This document shows, piece after piece, positions 1 to 14,074 of a stretch of 64,000 nt of DNA (within the stretch, counting starts at the first letter, position 1; the number at the start of each line of letters is the position of its first letter). Position numbers and translations under genes: made by a program. Below the pieces are notes generated by a model, which was given only the letters and a program-made list of their open reading frames with translations, was not told the origin of the DNA and ran no database searches. The DNA comes from Octopus vulgaris (Eukaryota), in contig OX597814.1 of NCBI GenBank assembly GCA_951406725.2, forward strand, positions 204,848,001 to 204,912,000, read 5' to 3'.

Positions 1-484
1 AATTCCTTGTGTATAAAGAAGAGTTTTTTTTTTCATTTTTTTTCCTGTCTCTTTATTACATTTATGAGTGTTGTACTTTTGTTTTGTAGTATTTGTCCAG
101 TCCAACTGTTATTTTGTAGGAGTTTTCTATTTGCGTCTGGCCATGGCCTCCTTCTGTGACTATATTGGCTTTGAGATGGGGGTTTAAGAATGGTGTTAGT
201 AACTGCATGCTTTATCTATCCAATGTTTTCTATTCTCTTAGGTCCCAGCCTATCTTATTGAAGCTGTAGTGTATGACCGATGTGGCTAACATACCTCGTA
301 TTGAGTTCAGTTTTTAATTTTAATCTTAACTTTTTCTGTAGCGTTCTTTCCTAATTTTCTTTTTCATTTCTCAATCCAGCAGACCTTCGATCAAAGGTGT
401 TGTATCTGTGATCATTTTTGTCTCATTTTCAAATGCGATGCATTATCAGATACAAAGAGAACTATTTTGTGTAAATTATACATT

Positions 485-677
485 GGCACAGGCATGGCTG
501 TGTGGTAAGAAGCTTGCTTCTGAACAACATGGTCCAGGGTTCAGTCCCATTGCATGGCACCTTGGGCAAGTGTCTTCTACTATAGACTTGGGCTGACCAA
601 ATCCTTGTGAATGGATTCCGTAGACAGAAACTGAAAGAAGCCCATCATATATATATATATATTTATATTTATTTATA

Positions 678-723
<46 letters not shown>

Positions 724-908
724 TGTGTGTACATGTCTTTGTGTCTGTATTTGTTCCCATAACCTAGCATTTCAGCAACAGAGACCAATAGAATAAGTAC
801 CAGGCTTTTAAACAGTAAGTCTTGGATCGATTTGTTTGACTAAGACCCTTCAGAGCAGTGCTCCAGCATGGCCACAGTCAAATGACTGAAGCAAATAAAA
901 GATAAAAG
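485..908 (+). mobile_element. tRNA-derived SINE family A (internal microsatellite), near full length
   Basis: A-box-like tggctgtgtggt, B-box-like ggttcagtccc, central (TA)n/(GA)n, 3' end gcagtgctccagcatggccacagtcaaatgactgaa plus A-rich tail. Homologous to 52554-52962. Confidence 0.8.
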
Positions 909-1053
909 ACACCTTTGAAGCCGAAAACACTTCAGAAGTTTGTATAACCAAATGTTATACAAGTGGAGTTTCTATAACACTTGTCAAACAAGTGTTTCAC
1001 AAGTGTATGAAACTTGAGGCCCTTGAGTATCTGCTGAAATGTTTTGGATTTAT

Positions 1054-1290
1054 ATCATCCTCATCATCATCATCATCATCGTTTAACGTCTGCTTTCCAT
1101 GCTAGCATGGGTTGGACGGTTCGACCGGGGTCTGGGAAGCCAAGAGGCTGCACTAGGTCCAGTCTGATCTGGCAGTGTTTCTACAGCTGGATGCCCTTCC
1201 TAATGCCAACCATTCCGTGAGTGTAGTGGGTGCTTTTTACGTGCCACCGACACAGGTGCCAGGCGAGGCTGGCAACGGCCACGATCAGCT
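1054..1290 (-). mobile_element. RTE-LINE 3' end fragment
   Basis: (CAT)n followed by gtttaacgtctgctttccatgctagcatgggttggacgg, matching the 3'UTR of the ORF-bearing copy at 27517-28425. Other such tails lie near 5270-5555, 8512-8690, 8922-9390, 12453-12590, 13245-13680, 19065-19216, 22921-23155, 25065-25350 and 34225-34540. Confidence 0.8.
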
Positions 1291-1547
1291 AACATTTCAA
1301 ACAGAACAGAATGAAAGTTGAATAAGAAAAGGTTTTCATCTTGCCACCTTCTGTGAATGGTATAGAGGATTTAACAAAATTCAAATCAACATGGGTGTTG
1401 TGCCGTAACAGGAACAGAGATGGAGAAGATGTAGTGAATAAACTGTCATCTAAATTACACAGAAATGAAAATAACACTGACATCTCATTTTAACAGATAT
1501 ATCTACCAAAATTACATTAAAATATCTTGAAATACTAAAGAATAAAT

Positions 1548-1915
1548 TTATTCAATAAAATCGCCATTGGCTTCAACCATGGCCTCCAGATGACTTTGGA
1601 ATCTCCTGCCACTCTTCTGGACGGTCTCCTTGTTTAAGTTGGTGAATGCTGCCATAATCCTTGCTTTCAGTTCATCTTTGGTGGTGCTACAAGTTTTGTT
1701 GGTCTCTTGCTCAGCTGCATCCCAACACATAATAATCAAGGGGGTTGCAGTCTGGGGAGTTAGGTGACCAGATGCGGTCGCAGAAATTGTCTGACAGCCA
1801 CGATTGGGTTCTCCTGCTTATGTGACATGGTGCAGAGTCCTGTTGCCAGACATAGGGTCTTCCAGCAGTCACCCACTCGACCCAGAGCAGCACTACCTTC
1901 TCCAAGCATTGACTA
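1548..1915 (-). pseudogene. Frameshifted Tc1/mariner-superfamily (maT/DD37D-like) transposase C-terminal relic
   Basis: Two overlapping frames give YVWQQDSAPCH...WSPNSPDCNPLDYYV and ...DELKARIMAAF...LEAMVEANGDFIE*, i.e. the second and third catalytic Asp motifs. Confidence 0.8.
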
Positions 1916-2131
1916 CTTTCAGATGGTGCTTTTTCTGTTCCACTGGCACAGGGAGCCAGTCAGGCAGCTCTGGCAGTGACCCACGCATGAATGAATGGTG
2001 CTTAGCGTGTGCCACCAGCACTGGTAACCGTGACAACTACAATTTCCATTTGATTTGATTTTGATTTACTGGACTCATAGGATTAAAGAGTTACACCACT
2101 GTGCTTTGTGTGTGGGTGTTTGTATATTATA

Positions 2132-2483
2132 GATTCTTTTATTCTTTTACTTGTTTCAGTCATTTAACTGTGGCCATGCTGGAACACTACCTTTAGTTGA
2201 ACAAATCAACCCTCAGGACTCATTCTTTGTAAGCCTAGTACTTATTCTATTGGTTGCTTTTGCCAAACCGCTAAGTTACAGAGACATAAACACACAGATA
2301 CACAAACATATATATGTATATATATGATGGGCTTCTTTCAGTTTCCGTCTACCAAATCCACTCACGAGGCTTTGGTCAGCCTGAGGCAATAGTAGACACT
2401 TGCCCGAGGTGCCACACAGTGGGACTGAACCCAGAACCATGTGGTTGGGAAGCAAGCTACTTACCACACAGCCATGCCTGTGC
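2132..2483 (-). mobile_element. SINE family A copy
   Basis: Reverse-complement match to 52554-52962. Further copies or fragments near 3035-3316, 9405-9990, 11808-12785, 17125-17477, 18400-18570, 18880-19062, 19560-19950, 25600-25993 and 28940-29432. Confidence 0.8.
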
Positions 2484-2757
2484 CTATATATATATATATA
2501 TATATATAATCATTGCTTTAATATCTACTGTTCCATGCCTACATAGGTCAGCTGGAATTCATTGAGACAATTTTTTTTCAGACTGGTGTCCTCCTTGTTG
2601 CCAACCCTCATCTATTTCCATGCAAAATAGTTTTTTCCCCATGTGTGTTTTATAGAAAACTTGGAAATGAATTGCATTTCCTGTTTGGCAGTGTGACACT
2701 TGCTTATGATCCTTACATGGCGTCAAGATAGGGACGCACACACACTTTTGATATAAT

Positions 2758-2792
<35 letters not shown>

Positions 2793-3829
2793 CTCTCAGG
2801 GTTATCATCAAAAGTTTGATGTGATTATAAAAATAACTTGTAAGCTGGTATTTGGAAAGACAATTAAACTCTATTTGCGACCATGTTGCTGTTGAAATAT
2901 ATTGCTTGTATTTAAATGAATTCTGAAAATAACCCAAGAATTTGAAAGGATTTAGTAAAATAACTTTTGTCAGCTGGTGTTTGGGACAGAATTTAATAAA
3001 AGACTCTTACACACACACACACACACACAATGGTATTTCTTTTACTCTTTTACTTGTTTCAGTCATATGACTGCGGCCATGCTGGAGCACCACCTTTACT
3101 CGAACAACTCGACCCCGCCTTTACTTAACAACTTCTTTTGTAAGCCCAGTACTTATCCTATCGGTCTCTTTTGCCGAACCGATAAGTAACGGGGACATAA
3201 ACACACCAGCATCGGTTGTCAAGCAATGCTAGGGGGACAAACACAGACACACAAGCACACAGACGCGGACTGGCTTCTTTCAGTTTCCGTCTACCAAATC
3301 CACTCACAAGGCTTTGTTATTCTTTTTGTGACCATTTTAATTTAAATATGTACACTTTATAATAAAACATACCTGAAATAATACTGGGGGTGGTATATCT
3401 GGTTAAATAAATGTGGTAGGTAGTGCCCCAGCATGGTCGTACTGAAACCAGTAAAAGAAGATCATTAATCCTTAGCCACATCTGTTACACATCACTCTCT
3501 GTTTTCAGACATTACATTTCTTTCAGTCTCTCCCATAATCTTGACACGGAACCCTTCACCACAAATACCCATTCTTATTTTACTGTTATTTTATAAAAAT
3601 CCTAAACTAGTCCGTAGCATTGACCTAGATTAGAAATTGTTTAATTAAGTTTTCTTAGAATTCATATGCGTTTTATATGTTGCGTTTTGTGTATCAGATT
3701 TAACCGGCCGACATGCTTCAAACAAGTTTTCATGTGAAATAAGTTTCTACTGTGGTTTAATCTGAGTTTACTTGTAGCTTCAGCTTGTTTTGTGTGTTAG
3801 ACAGTTCCACACCCACCCATGCATGCATG

Positions 3830-3866
<37 letters not shown>

Positions 3867-6422
3867 ATGCGTGATGGCTGTGTCGGAATTTGGAATGATT
3901 TAATAAAATCGCTTTGCCATTACTAAGCTGGTGTTTCGTAAATAAGTTAGAGGCAGGCATGGGTTTGAGAGTGAGAAGATCACTTCTCAACCAGGAGAGA
4001 TGGAAACTGTTTGAAGCCTATCGTATATGTATGTACACAGGCGAGAGAGGAGCTGAGTTGAATTCTTGAGAATTAACTGGTTGGCTACAGACACTTGGAT
4101 TTGTTTGTTAATTTTTCTTTCTTCTCAACTCTTGGCAGTCTTTCCTGCTTCTCTCCATTTAGACCCTGCTTTCTTCATTCTCTCTTCCATTTCTTTTGTA
4201 GGTACCTTCCTTAGTTGTGCTTTTGGCCTTCCTTTCCCAATTACTGTTGGTTTTGAATTGTCATCAATGTTTCTCTAACCTTACTTTTTTCTAGATAGGG
4301 CTTTTGGCCCCTGTGCAAGCACACACTTACCTCTGAGAAGAGGCGGTCTATATTAACCCGACTTCTTTCCTTTGACCTGTCCAACATGGAAGGCCTTACT
4401 AGGAACTTAGACTTCACTGGCCCATCTCTTGGGGCTATTGAGGTGCACAGGCCATTACACTGCAACCAAGACTGGGCCTTGTAGTGGACAAATACTATGG
4501 AGGTGTCATATTAACTTAACCTCTATGTGATTGTGGGACCTGCTAGAAATAGCTGCCAAATCACTTTTAAATCATAGACTGTGGTTGTCTAAAAAGAAGG
4601 AAACATTGGACTATATTTCTTCACATTCTCTTGAAAAAAAATAAAGACAATGTCGCCATATATGCAATCAAATGCACAACAGGGTGACAGCACTAAGCAG
4701 TGATGCATAGAAATAGGAACTTGTTACTGGTTCAAATATGCTTGAGGCCTATTTGGAGCTGTAAGAAAGCCATTTGCTGCATTTCACTACATGACTCTGT
4801 GTATTTACACCCTTTTGATTACAGCAAGAAATTTTCACCATCACAAAATCATGCAGTGAATGGTTGTCTTTGGAGTTTGAATATGCCTCGAGCATATTTG
4901 AACTGGTAACAAGTTTGCAATCAAATGTGTATGAATGTTGACATTCTGTGGCTTCATTTGAGTGAAACATTGTTTGATGTTTATATGCCTGGTTGAAATC
5001 AACACCTTTACTTAAAAAAGTATTTAAGGGTTGGTAACAGGAAGGACATCCTGCCTCAAACACCATATTTGATGGCTTAAAAGGTGCACATTTATATTAG
5101 ATGCATTTCGATTTCAACAGTGCATATTCAGGAAAAAGGCTTTTAGTGCATTAAAGCACGTAACATTTAAAGCAATTTAGCATTATATTAGAAAACGGGC
5201 AGCAAACATTAGCATATCATAATAATGTTCAGATAAATATAATTATTATGGAGTCAGATTAAGTAGAACAGGCTAAGCACCTGTGCTGGTGTCACATAAA
5301 AAGGACCCTTGCTGGTGCCACATAAAATGGGCCCTTGCTGGTGCCACATAAAAAGCACCCATGTTGGCACATATATAAAATGTACCCTGTACACTCTGTA
5401 AAAGTGGTTGCCAATAGGAAGGGTATCCAGCTGTAGAAACCATGCCAAAACAGATGACTGGAATCTGGTGCAGTCCTCTGGCCTGGCCCCCTCCTCTCAA
5501 ACTATCCAACCCATGCCAGCATGGAAAACCAATGTTAAAAAAGAATGATGATGATATAGTAGCAACTTCCAGGGACAAAATTAGTTTATGGGTAGGGATC
5601 CAACTTTGCATGTAGGCTCTGGGGATTTTTTTAGACATTTTTTTGTGAGGGGGAAAAGTGTCTTATGTGCTATCAGATTTGTTACTTCTCTGTCGAACGT
5701 ATGCTAGCACTGAAAGATGGACATTAAAAATTACACAGGTTCTCATTTAAAGACGATGGAATCTAAACATTTTTGTGGTCATATCTCTAACAAAATGCAC
5801 TGCTTTTATGAATGAGCACTTGAAAATGTGAGGTTTTTGTGTCGTCACAAATCAATAAAACGGCACACCTGCAGTAAACTAATTTTGACAGCTGGTGTTA
5901 GGAACATGATATAATGAAGTCACATATAATATATAAACGAGATATTTTAATCAAACTGTATCTGTTTGATATAAATTTCATTTCCATCATTTTTACAATT
6001 AGCTGGTTTGTATCATAGAACTTAGGTGTGGGGGTCACACAAAGTTTGATATCAAAAGCATTAAGATATTTTATACTGGTCTCTAACACCAGGGAAAAAA
6101 AAGGGAGATTGATATTTAATGAAATTCATTTTTTAGGTCATCATCACTGCTTGTTTGTCTGGCTCTGTACTTTGAACTTATTGAAGTAACCTCTCCCAGT
6201 TACTGTCATTTACATTAGTAGATTTCCTCTCAACACTTTACACTCCTTCAGTTGGTTTTTTTTTTTTTAAAGCATATATTTCCCTTCTTTCTTCTGGCAA
6301 TCATCATCTTCATCATCATGACTGCTGTTCCTTGTTGGTTGGATAAGCTGGGTCTTTGTGAGGAAGCCGTTTCATGAACTGATATCTCTCCTGATTTTAG
6401 CCCTTTTAGTTATCTTTTACAG

Positions 6423-6588
6423 CAGGGGTCCCCAAACTTTTTAGACCATTGACTCTGACTCCTTCCTTCATGGAATCCTTTACTCCCTCATTGACCCCCA
6501 AGCATGTGCAAGAAAATAAATAATAATAATGAGATGTGTGTTTATTGACCCCTTGAATAGTCCGATCAACCCCCAGGGGAAACTCCTG
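6423..6588. mobile_element. hAT-type MITE
   Basis: Ends caggggtcccc ... ggggaaactcctg (imperfect TIR); exact 8-bp TSD ttttacag at 6415-6422 and 6589-6596. Confidence 0.75.
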
Positions 6589-7473
6589 TTTTACAGCATG
6601 TGAGACTGTAGTAGTAGTAGTAGTAGTAGTAGTAATAATCCTTTCTTCTGAAGGCACAAGGCCAGCAAGTTCAAGGGAAGAGTTAAGTTGATTACATCAG
6701 CCCCTAATGCACAACTGGTATTTATTTTATTGTTCTCCAAAGGATGAAAGGCAAAGTCAACTTTGGCCAAATTTGAACTCAGAATGTAGAGACAGACGAA
6801 ATGTTGCTTGGCATGCCAACAATTTTGTCAGCTCACTGCCTTAATAATAATAACAACAATAATCATTTCTTTATTGGCCACAGGGGCTAATATAAATAAA
6901 CATAAAAGAACATACAATAACATTAAAAGGCAAAAAAAAACATGATACAATGGGTTTTGATGTTCTTGTACACATTAAATAAGGGTAAAGATAAAACAAG
7001 TAAAACTCCCAATAGGGATTGGTGCTTTAAGGCTACTTGTGGAAAACCCCACAAAAGCCACGGGTGCCTGGCCAACAGGGTAAGAGCCCTTCTTTTATCT
7101 CTCACAGACACATGCTCAAAATGCGTCCTTTCACACAGGCCTTTTTTCATAATTAACCTTTCTGCTATAGGCACAGAGTCTGAAATTTTGGTGGAGGGGG
7201 TTCGTTGGTTACATCGACCCACCCCACCCACCCGTGCTTAACTGCTGCTCAGTTTATTGACCCCCAAACTCAGCAAAATCTGAACTCAAAACATAAAACT
7301 GATAGTAATTCCGCTAAACATTGTTTCCCGTGTGCTAAAGGTTGTGCCAGCTTGCCACCTTAATAATAATAATAATAATAATAATTAATTCTGGTTTATT
7401 GGTCACAAGGGCTAACAAAAATCAAAGAAACATGTAAGGACAAATACAGGATGAAAATTTCTCCAAAATCTTT

Positions 7474-7507
<34 letters not shown>

Positions 7508-8031
7508 CAACAATAACAATTATTCCCGTTGAATTATCACAGTATTTTTCACCATAAAACTCTGATAATTCCTGTAATTTCTGGAATGTTTGCATGAAAT
7601 ACAGCAATGAAATTCTATTTCTCAAAGCTACAATATGTTTCACTTTTCATTACCTGCCATTTATCTCACCTGGCCTACTGACCTGATCTACTACTACTAC
7701 TACTACTACTACTGCAGTTCTTTCTCTTTATCAGCCAAACACTACTGTTAGTTAAGCATATATTCCACTTTTTGACCAGACAGTGACTATTTCTTTACAG
7801 ACAAATAAATGTAAATATTGGTCCTGGACAACAGTTTATTTAATCAGTTGGGGTCTTTCAAGGTAGACGACATTCCTTCAGATAAGTTACTCCCTACTGT
7901 AGGATTATTCCCATCCTACCCCTGTTACTAGTCCCTTCCATCCACCCCTGTGCATAGCTGATGCACCCTCTTCACGAAATAGCCAAATTGTTCTAGACCA
8001 TTAAGTCACACACAAGATTGCCTTTGTTAAT

Positions 8032-8300
8032 AGTCACCCCTACTGCCCCCTGCTCCCCAGTAAATATTCCACCCCTTTCCATTTTCATCTTTTATTTGTT
8101 CCCATCTCACCCCTCCATCCCACCCACCCCCATGCATAGTCGATGCACCCTCTTCAGTCACCCCTACTGCCCCCCGCTCCCCAGTAAATATTCCACCCTT
8201 TTCCATTTTCTCCTTTATTTGTTCCCATCTCACCCGTCCATCCCACCCACCCCCATGCATAGTCGATGCACCCTCTTCAGTCACCCCTACTGCTCCCACC
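8032..8300. repeat. ~123-bp tandem duplication (about 2.2 copies)
   Basis: agtcacccctactgc recurs at 8032, 8156 and 8279. Confidence 0.85.
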
Positions 8301-9408
8301 CCCTTCCGTTTTGTCTTTCATCTTTTGTTACTTAAATGTTAGTGACGTTCATTAACAACAGGCAAAACTGTATGGTAAAACATTTGCTTCCCAACCCCGT
8401 GGCTCCAGGTTCAGTCCCTCACACCATGACTCCTTGGGCAAGTGTCTCCTACTATAAGCCTCGAGCCAATCATATTGGGAGTGGATTTGGTAAATGGAAA
8501 CTGAAAGGAACATCATCATCATCGTTTAACGTCTGCTTTACATGCTAGCATGGGTTGGACGATTTTGACTGAGGGCTGGCGAACCAGATGGCAGCACCAG
8601 GCTCCAATCTGATCTGGCAGAGTTTCTACAGCTGGATGCCCTTCCTAACGCCAACCACTCCGAGAGTGTAGTGGGTGCTTTTATGTGCCACAAGAACCTG
8701 TTGTATATATACATATGTGTGTCTGTGTGTGTGTGTCCCATCACCACTTGACAACCATTGTTGGTTCGTTTATGTCCCTGTAACTTAGTAGATTGTCATA
8801 AAAGACTGCTAGAGTAGGTACCCAGCTTAAAAGGAAAAGAGGGTATTGGGCTTGATTTGTTTGACTGAAAACTCTTCAACATGGTGTCCCAGCATGAAAC
8901 CAGTAAAAGGAAGAAGGTATCACATCATCATCATCGTCGTTGTTTAACGTCTGCTTTCCATGCTGGCATGGGTTGGACGGTTTGACTGAGGGCTGGCAAA
9001 CCAGGAGGCTGCACCAGGCTCAATCTGATCTGGCAAGGTTTCTACTGCTGGATGCCCTTCCTAATGCCAACCACTCCGAGAGTGTGGTGGGTGCTTTTTA
9101 CGTGCCACCAGCATGGGAGCCAGTGAGGTGGCACTGGTATTGATCACGTTTGGATGGTGCTTTTTACATGTCACTGGCACGGTCCAGTCAAGGTGGGTAG
9201 ACTGGCTTTTACCATGTTCGGCTGGTGCTTTTTACTTTCCACTGGCACAGGGAGCCAGTCAGGCGGCACTGGCATTGACCCATGCTTGAATGGTGCTTAT
9301 TACGTGCCACTAGCACGGGTGACAGTCAGGTGGTACTGGTATCGGCCACAACTACAATTTCTATTTTGATTTCAATCTTGATTTGATTTTGGTCAAGAAA
9401 AGGACACA

Positions 9409-9450
<42 letters not shown>

Positions 9451-9521
9451 ATAGGTTTCCTTTCGTTTTCTGCCTACCAAATCCACTCACAAGGCTTTGG
9501 CTGTTTCAGGGTTATATTAGA

Positions 9522-9900
9522 CTAGCTGTATCACCCGCTGTTGCTCAGGTTTGTTTCGACCCTTTAGAATTGGAATTTTTGAAAAGTAAAAATTTTGCAT
9601 TATGCAACTTGTTATTCTCTTTAAGTGAACATTTTTCTGGTTGAAATACACTGAAAAATGGCGACAGAGCAGTAAAAAAATCGTAAAAAATAGGGAAAAG
9701 CACCTTTTTGATGTAAATAATTTTTGGTGTTAACATGGTTCGATTTGAATTTTTTCTTCTACAGAAGGAAGAGCAAGCCTTCTTCTATCATACTCTCAAT
9801 TTTGGTCAACTTGTGTCTCAGGGTCTCGGAAGAGATAGTGTTAGTTGAAGGCTACCAAACCTGCCACACACAGACAACTTCAGCTTTAGATATATATAGA
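9522..9900 (-). mobile_element. Non-autonomous Helitron inserted in a family A SINE
   Basis: The minus strand starts TC and ends CTAG with a subterminal hairpin-like segment. It sits between A(9521) and T(9901) with no TSD, and SINE sequence resumes on both sides. Confidence 0.75.
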
Positions 9901-11444
9901 TGACATGTGCCCAAGGTGCCATGCAGTAGCACTGAGCCCTAAGCCACATATCCAGGAAGCAAGCTTCTTAATCACACAACCTTGCATGTACCTTCTCATA
10001 CATATTCGTGATCCATGCTTTGCTGGTACATTTTTATATTACAAAATTTAACTGAAATGATTTTTCTACAGTTGTAACTTCTACTTATTGCCATTTATCA
10101 AGATTACTTTGTAGCTATAACAGTACATTCTTCTTGTTTCATGGAAACTAAAGGTCACTGAGATACAGCTCTTCAAATGAAAGAAACTGTACTGTTCAGA
10201 CATCTACAATACAATGTGTCCTGTGGACTTACGACTTTTTAGGAGATACTATTCAAATTGTTAACGATGACATTACTATAAATAACAACGAGGATGAATG
10301 TGAGGATGATAATAACAATAATAATTTATACTATAATAAAGAAAACTGCTTGTTAATTAGTTTGGTGTATTTAACTTTTACTAAAAGAAAGCAATTTTTA
10401 AAGTTTATACCATTAAAAAGTTATTATAAATTGTATTTTGATATTTTTTTTCTTTTATCAAAGTGAGGTTTTTAGGTTTCTTACATTATTGAAGATATCA
10501 AGTGTTATGAATCGATCACAAAACTAATTTTATTTATTGCAACATAATGTCTCTCTTGCTCTCCACTGCCACTATTTGATTGATTGGTTACTGAGTTGCT
10601 TTTTGCGATACCTTGAGAATATTTGTGAAAACTTTTGCAAATTTACTTAGACTGTTTTCATTTCAAGCATTGCAGGCAGCGTTTCTTCTAGTAAATGTCA
10701 TGGCAATACAAGGCACTGGCTCTCATGGCTTCTAATCTTGACTGATTGGAAGTGTTATCATGTACATTGTTTTGCCCTGGTATAGATGGGCTACAGCGAA
10801 TATTCTGCTCAATACCACAAATTTGCTTGTCAGTTGTTTGACCTTAATCAATTAAGCATGTCCCTTGGTGGCTGACGATATGTGCATCTCTGATCATGAG
10901 GAGTAACATAATGGCCATGTGTTGAGAGGAATCCTTTGGAGTTTGAATAATTCATCTCTGGAAACATGGGTGTTTTGTTCAATATCTTTAAACAACCATT
11001 ATCTAGGGGACATTTGAGTGCGATGGGCTACTCGACCTGAAGAAAATTCTAACTGGGCCCTACCTGTGAGGTCATGTGCTGTTTATCTTGATATGAGATC
11101 ACCATGTCATGCACATATGGTTGTGATGCATGTGCCTGGTGTACCCTTATCAGATGGGTAGTCATGATGGGTATAATGGGCTTCATAAATTAGAACTCCG
11201 GTGTCACAAAGGCGCAAAGCTAGCAATGTTTTAGGGAGAGGGGGTTAGTTGATTACACTGATCCCAGTGTTTAACTGGTACTTTATTTAATTGATCCCAG
11301 AAGGATTAAAGGCAGAGTGGGGTTTGAATTAAGAATGTAAAGGAGCCAGAAATGTGTTGTGTGTCAGTCTTTTATTTATTTTTTTTCAAACACACACACA
11401 AATTTTAATCTAAACTTTCTTTTGTTTTTAGGAAATTGAGAGCA

Positions 11445-11642
11445 ATGGTGAAAGGTCACCCAGTGCAGATTGTCCTTGCCGACGAGGATCACAGTTTTAC
11501 ATTGGATGAAGAGGCATTAAAAAGTGTTTTACTGCAACCAGAAATTAGAGACAAAAAGGTTGTGGTGATCTCTGTTGCTGGAGCCTTCCGTAAGGGGAAG
11601 TCATTCTTGTTGGACTTCTTTCTCCGATACGAACAACACACA
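11445..11642 (+). CDS. ATL: Atlastin coding exon 1 (N-terminus, P-loop)
   Basis: [25 protein letters not shown]...[22 protein letters not shown] contains the atlastin G1 motif GAFRKGKS. Acceptor tttttag ends at 11431, ATG at 11445, donor aca|gtaagt (phase 0). The start codon is inferred from similarity to short-N-terminus invertebrate atlastins. Confidence 0.93.
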
Positions 11643-12023
11643 GTAAGTACTTGGTTGTTATCAGTTCCCTAAAGTTCATGAACTCCCAGCATGAGGGAGG
11701 GACTTTATGTCTTTGAAACCACAGTTAAAATATATGATGAGCCAAACAAGATCACCTCATTGGTACAGAGAGCAAACTTTTCATGAGGTGTCAAAACATA
11801 TCTCATGCTACTCTTTTACTTGTTTCATGCTGGAGCATCGCCTGTAGTCGAGCAAATCGACCCCAGGACTTATTCTTTGTAAGCTCAGTACTTATTCTAT
11901 CAGTCTCTTTTGCCGAACCGCTTAAGTTACGGGGACATAAACACACCAGCATTGGTTGTCAAGCAATGTTGGGGAGGGACAAACACAGACACACAAACAT
12001 ATATATACACATACATACATACA

Positions 12024-12070
<47 letters not shown>

Positions 12071-12136
12071 GTTTTTGTATCACCTAGCTGCCCGAATGTT
12101 TTGTGTTCTTGTCCCATTTTGTATTTTATATATATA

Positions 12137-12420
12137 GCGGCTTATGTACACCTTGCCCTCTTAAGTTTATATAAGTGATCGCATGTGTATCGTTGGCGAT
12201 TTTTTTTTCCTCCGTCTTCCCTTCTTTGGATCTTTCCTTTTCCTATGTTTCTGACGAAGAGCTCCGCTCGAAATGTTAGATCCTTCTTTCTTTCCTTTCC
12301 ATCCAATAACACTATACTTGTTCCATGTCCTCGTGTTGTGTTTTCTCTTTGTGTTTTCATGTTTGAATTAACTATATATATATATATATAGCGGCGTACG
12401 TACACTTTGCTCTCTTATAT
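12137..12420 (+). mobile_element. Penelope-like terminal-repeat fragment with degenerate minimal hammerhead motif
   Basis: gttt-CTGACGA-a-gagc(tcc)gctc-GAAA-tgtt-agat at 12247-12281; partial direct repeat gcggc.ta.gtacac.ttgc.ctctta at 12137 and 12391; embedded in (TA)n. Confidence 0.55.
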
Positions 12421-12593
12421 ATATATATATATATAATATATATATATATATATCATCATCATCATTTAGCGTCCGTTTTCCATGCTAGCATGGGTTGGAT
12501 GGTTCAACTGGGGTCTGTGAAGCCGGAAGGCTTCATCAGGCCCAGTCAGATCTGGCAGTGTTTCTACGGCTGGATGCCCTTCCTAACGCCAAA

Positions 12594-12637
<44 letters not shown>

Positions 12638-13779
12638 GACAGGCTTCTTTGAGTTTCCATCTACCAAATTCACTCACACGCCTTTGGTCAGCCTGAGGCT
12701 ATAGTAGAAGACACTTGCCCAAGGTTCCACACAGTGGGACTGAACCCGGAACCATGTGGTTTGTAAGGAAGCCACTCCTGCACCTACAAGAACAAAGAAG
12801 AGATTTATGGATGCATCCGTCTCTCCTTTCTATTGTTGCTCAACTCGGGATAGGCTTCACTGGCCTCTGCTTTTGTGCTGAATACTAAGCTTTGTTGGCT
12901 CTTCAGTATGATGTTTTATCAGCGTGATGGACTTTGGTGTGATGATGCTTAGATGTGAACACACTGCAGTGTCTCAACACTCTTATGTAAAGGATATTAC
13001 TGTGTGTAGGTTGCATTTTGTGTGATATAAATGGCACAGCACTCCATCAGTTATGATGATGAGGGCTCCAGGTGATCCGGTCAATGGAATAGCCTGCTAA
13101 TGAAATTAACATGCAAGCGGCTGAGTACTCCACAGACACTTAATGTAGTTAGCAGGGATATTCAGTGTGACACAGCATGTGGCATGGCTGACCCTTTGAA
13201 ATACAGATACAACTCGTTTTCGCCAGCTCAGTGGACTTGAACAACATCATCATCATCGTTTAACATCTGCTTTCCATGCGAGCATGGGTTGGATGATTTG
13301 ACTGAGGTCTGGCGTACCAGACTCCAATCTGATCTGGCAGAGTTTCTACAGCTGGATGCCCTTCCTAAAGCCAACCACTCCGAGAGTGTAGTGGGTGCTT
13401 TTATGTGCCACTGGCATGAGGCCCAGTTTGGTGGCAACGGCCACGCTCAAATGGTACTTTTTATGTGCCACCTGCACAGGAGCCAGTCCAATGGCACTGG
13501 CAACGACCTTGCTCGAATGCTTTTTTTCATGTGCCACAGCACAAGTGCTAGTAAGGCAACGATCACATCGAATGGTGTGTTTAACGTGCCATCAGCACAG
13601 AGGCCAGCTTGTTGCTCTGGCAACGATCTCACTCGTATGGTACTCTTAGCGCTCCACTAGCAACGGATGCCAGTCACCAAGTTTGAACAGTATGGAGTAA
13701 AGTGTTTTGTACAAACACACTACACACTCCTGGGTATTGAACTCAAAAGATATTTAACCATTTCGTATGTATTTTTCAG

Positions 13780-13911
13780 GGTCCTACAGATTGGTTATCA
13801 GATGAAGAACAACAGCTCGATGGATTTTCTTGGAGAGGTGGATCTGAGCGAGACACTACCGGAATATTATTATGGAGTGAACCATTTATTATATCAACCA
13901 GCTCTGGAGTG
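13780..13911 (+). CDS. ATL: Atlastin coding exon 2
   Basis: tttcag|[44 protein letters not shown]|gtaaat; G2/switch I motif [10 protein letters not shown]; 132 nt. Confidence 0.95.
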
Positions 13912-14074
13912 GTAAATATGTGGAATCCTACCACATTCTTTTGTTTTTACTTTAACCCTTTCATGGCTACATTTTTTATGAAATTTTTTAAATCTAATCA
14001 AGAATTGGCAGGGATTTAGTGAAATAACAAACATTGTGTTTATTATTAAACTGGTGTTTGGAATATGACTTACA

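Noticed and set aside
3550-4060. Atlastin promoter or first exon
   Set aside because: Repeat-poor with a few CpGs, but there are no diagnostic motifs; it cannot be supported without transcript data.
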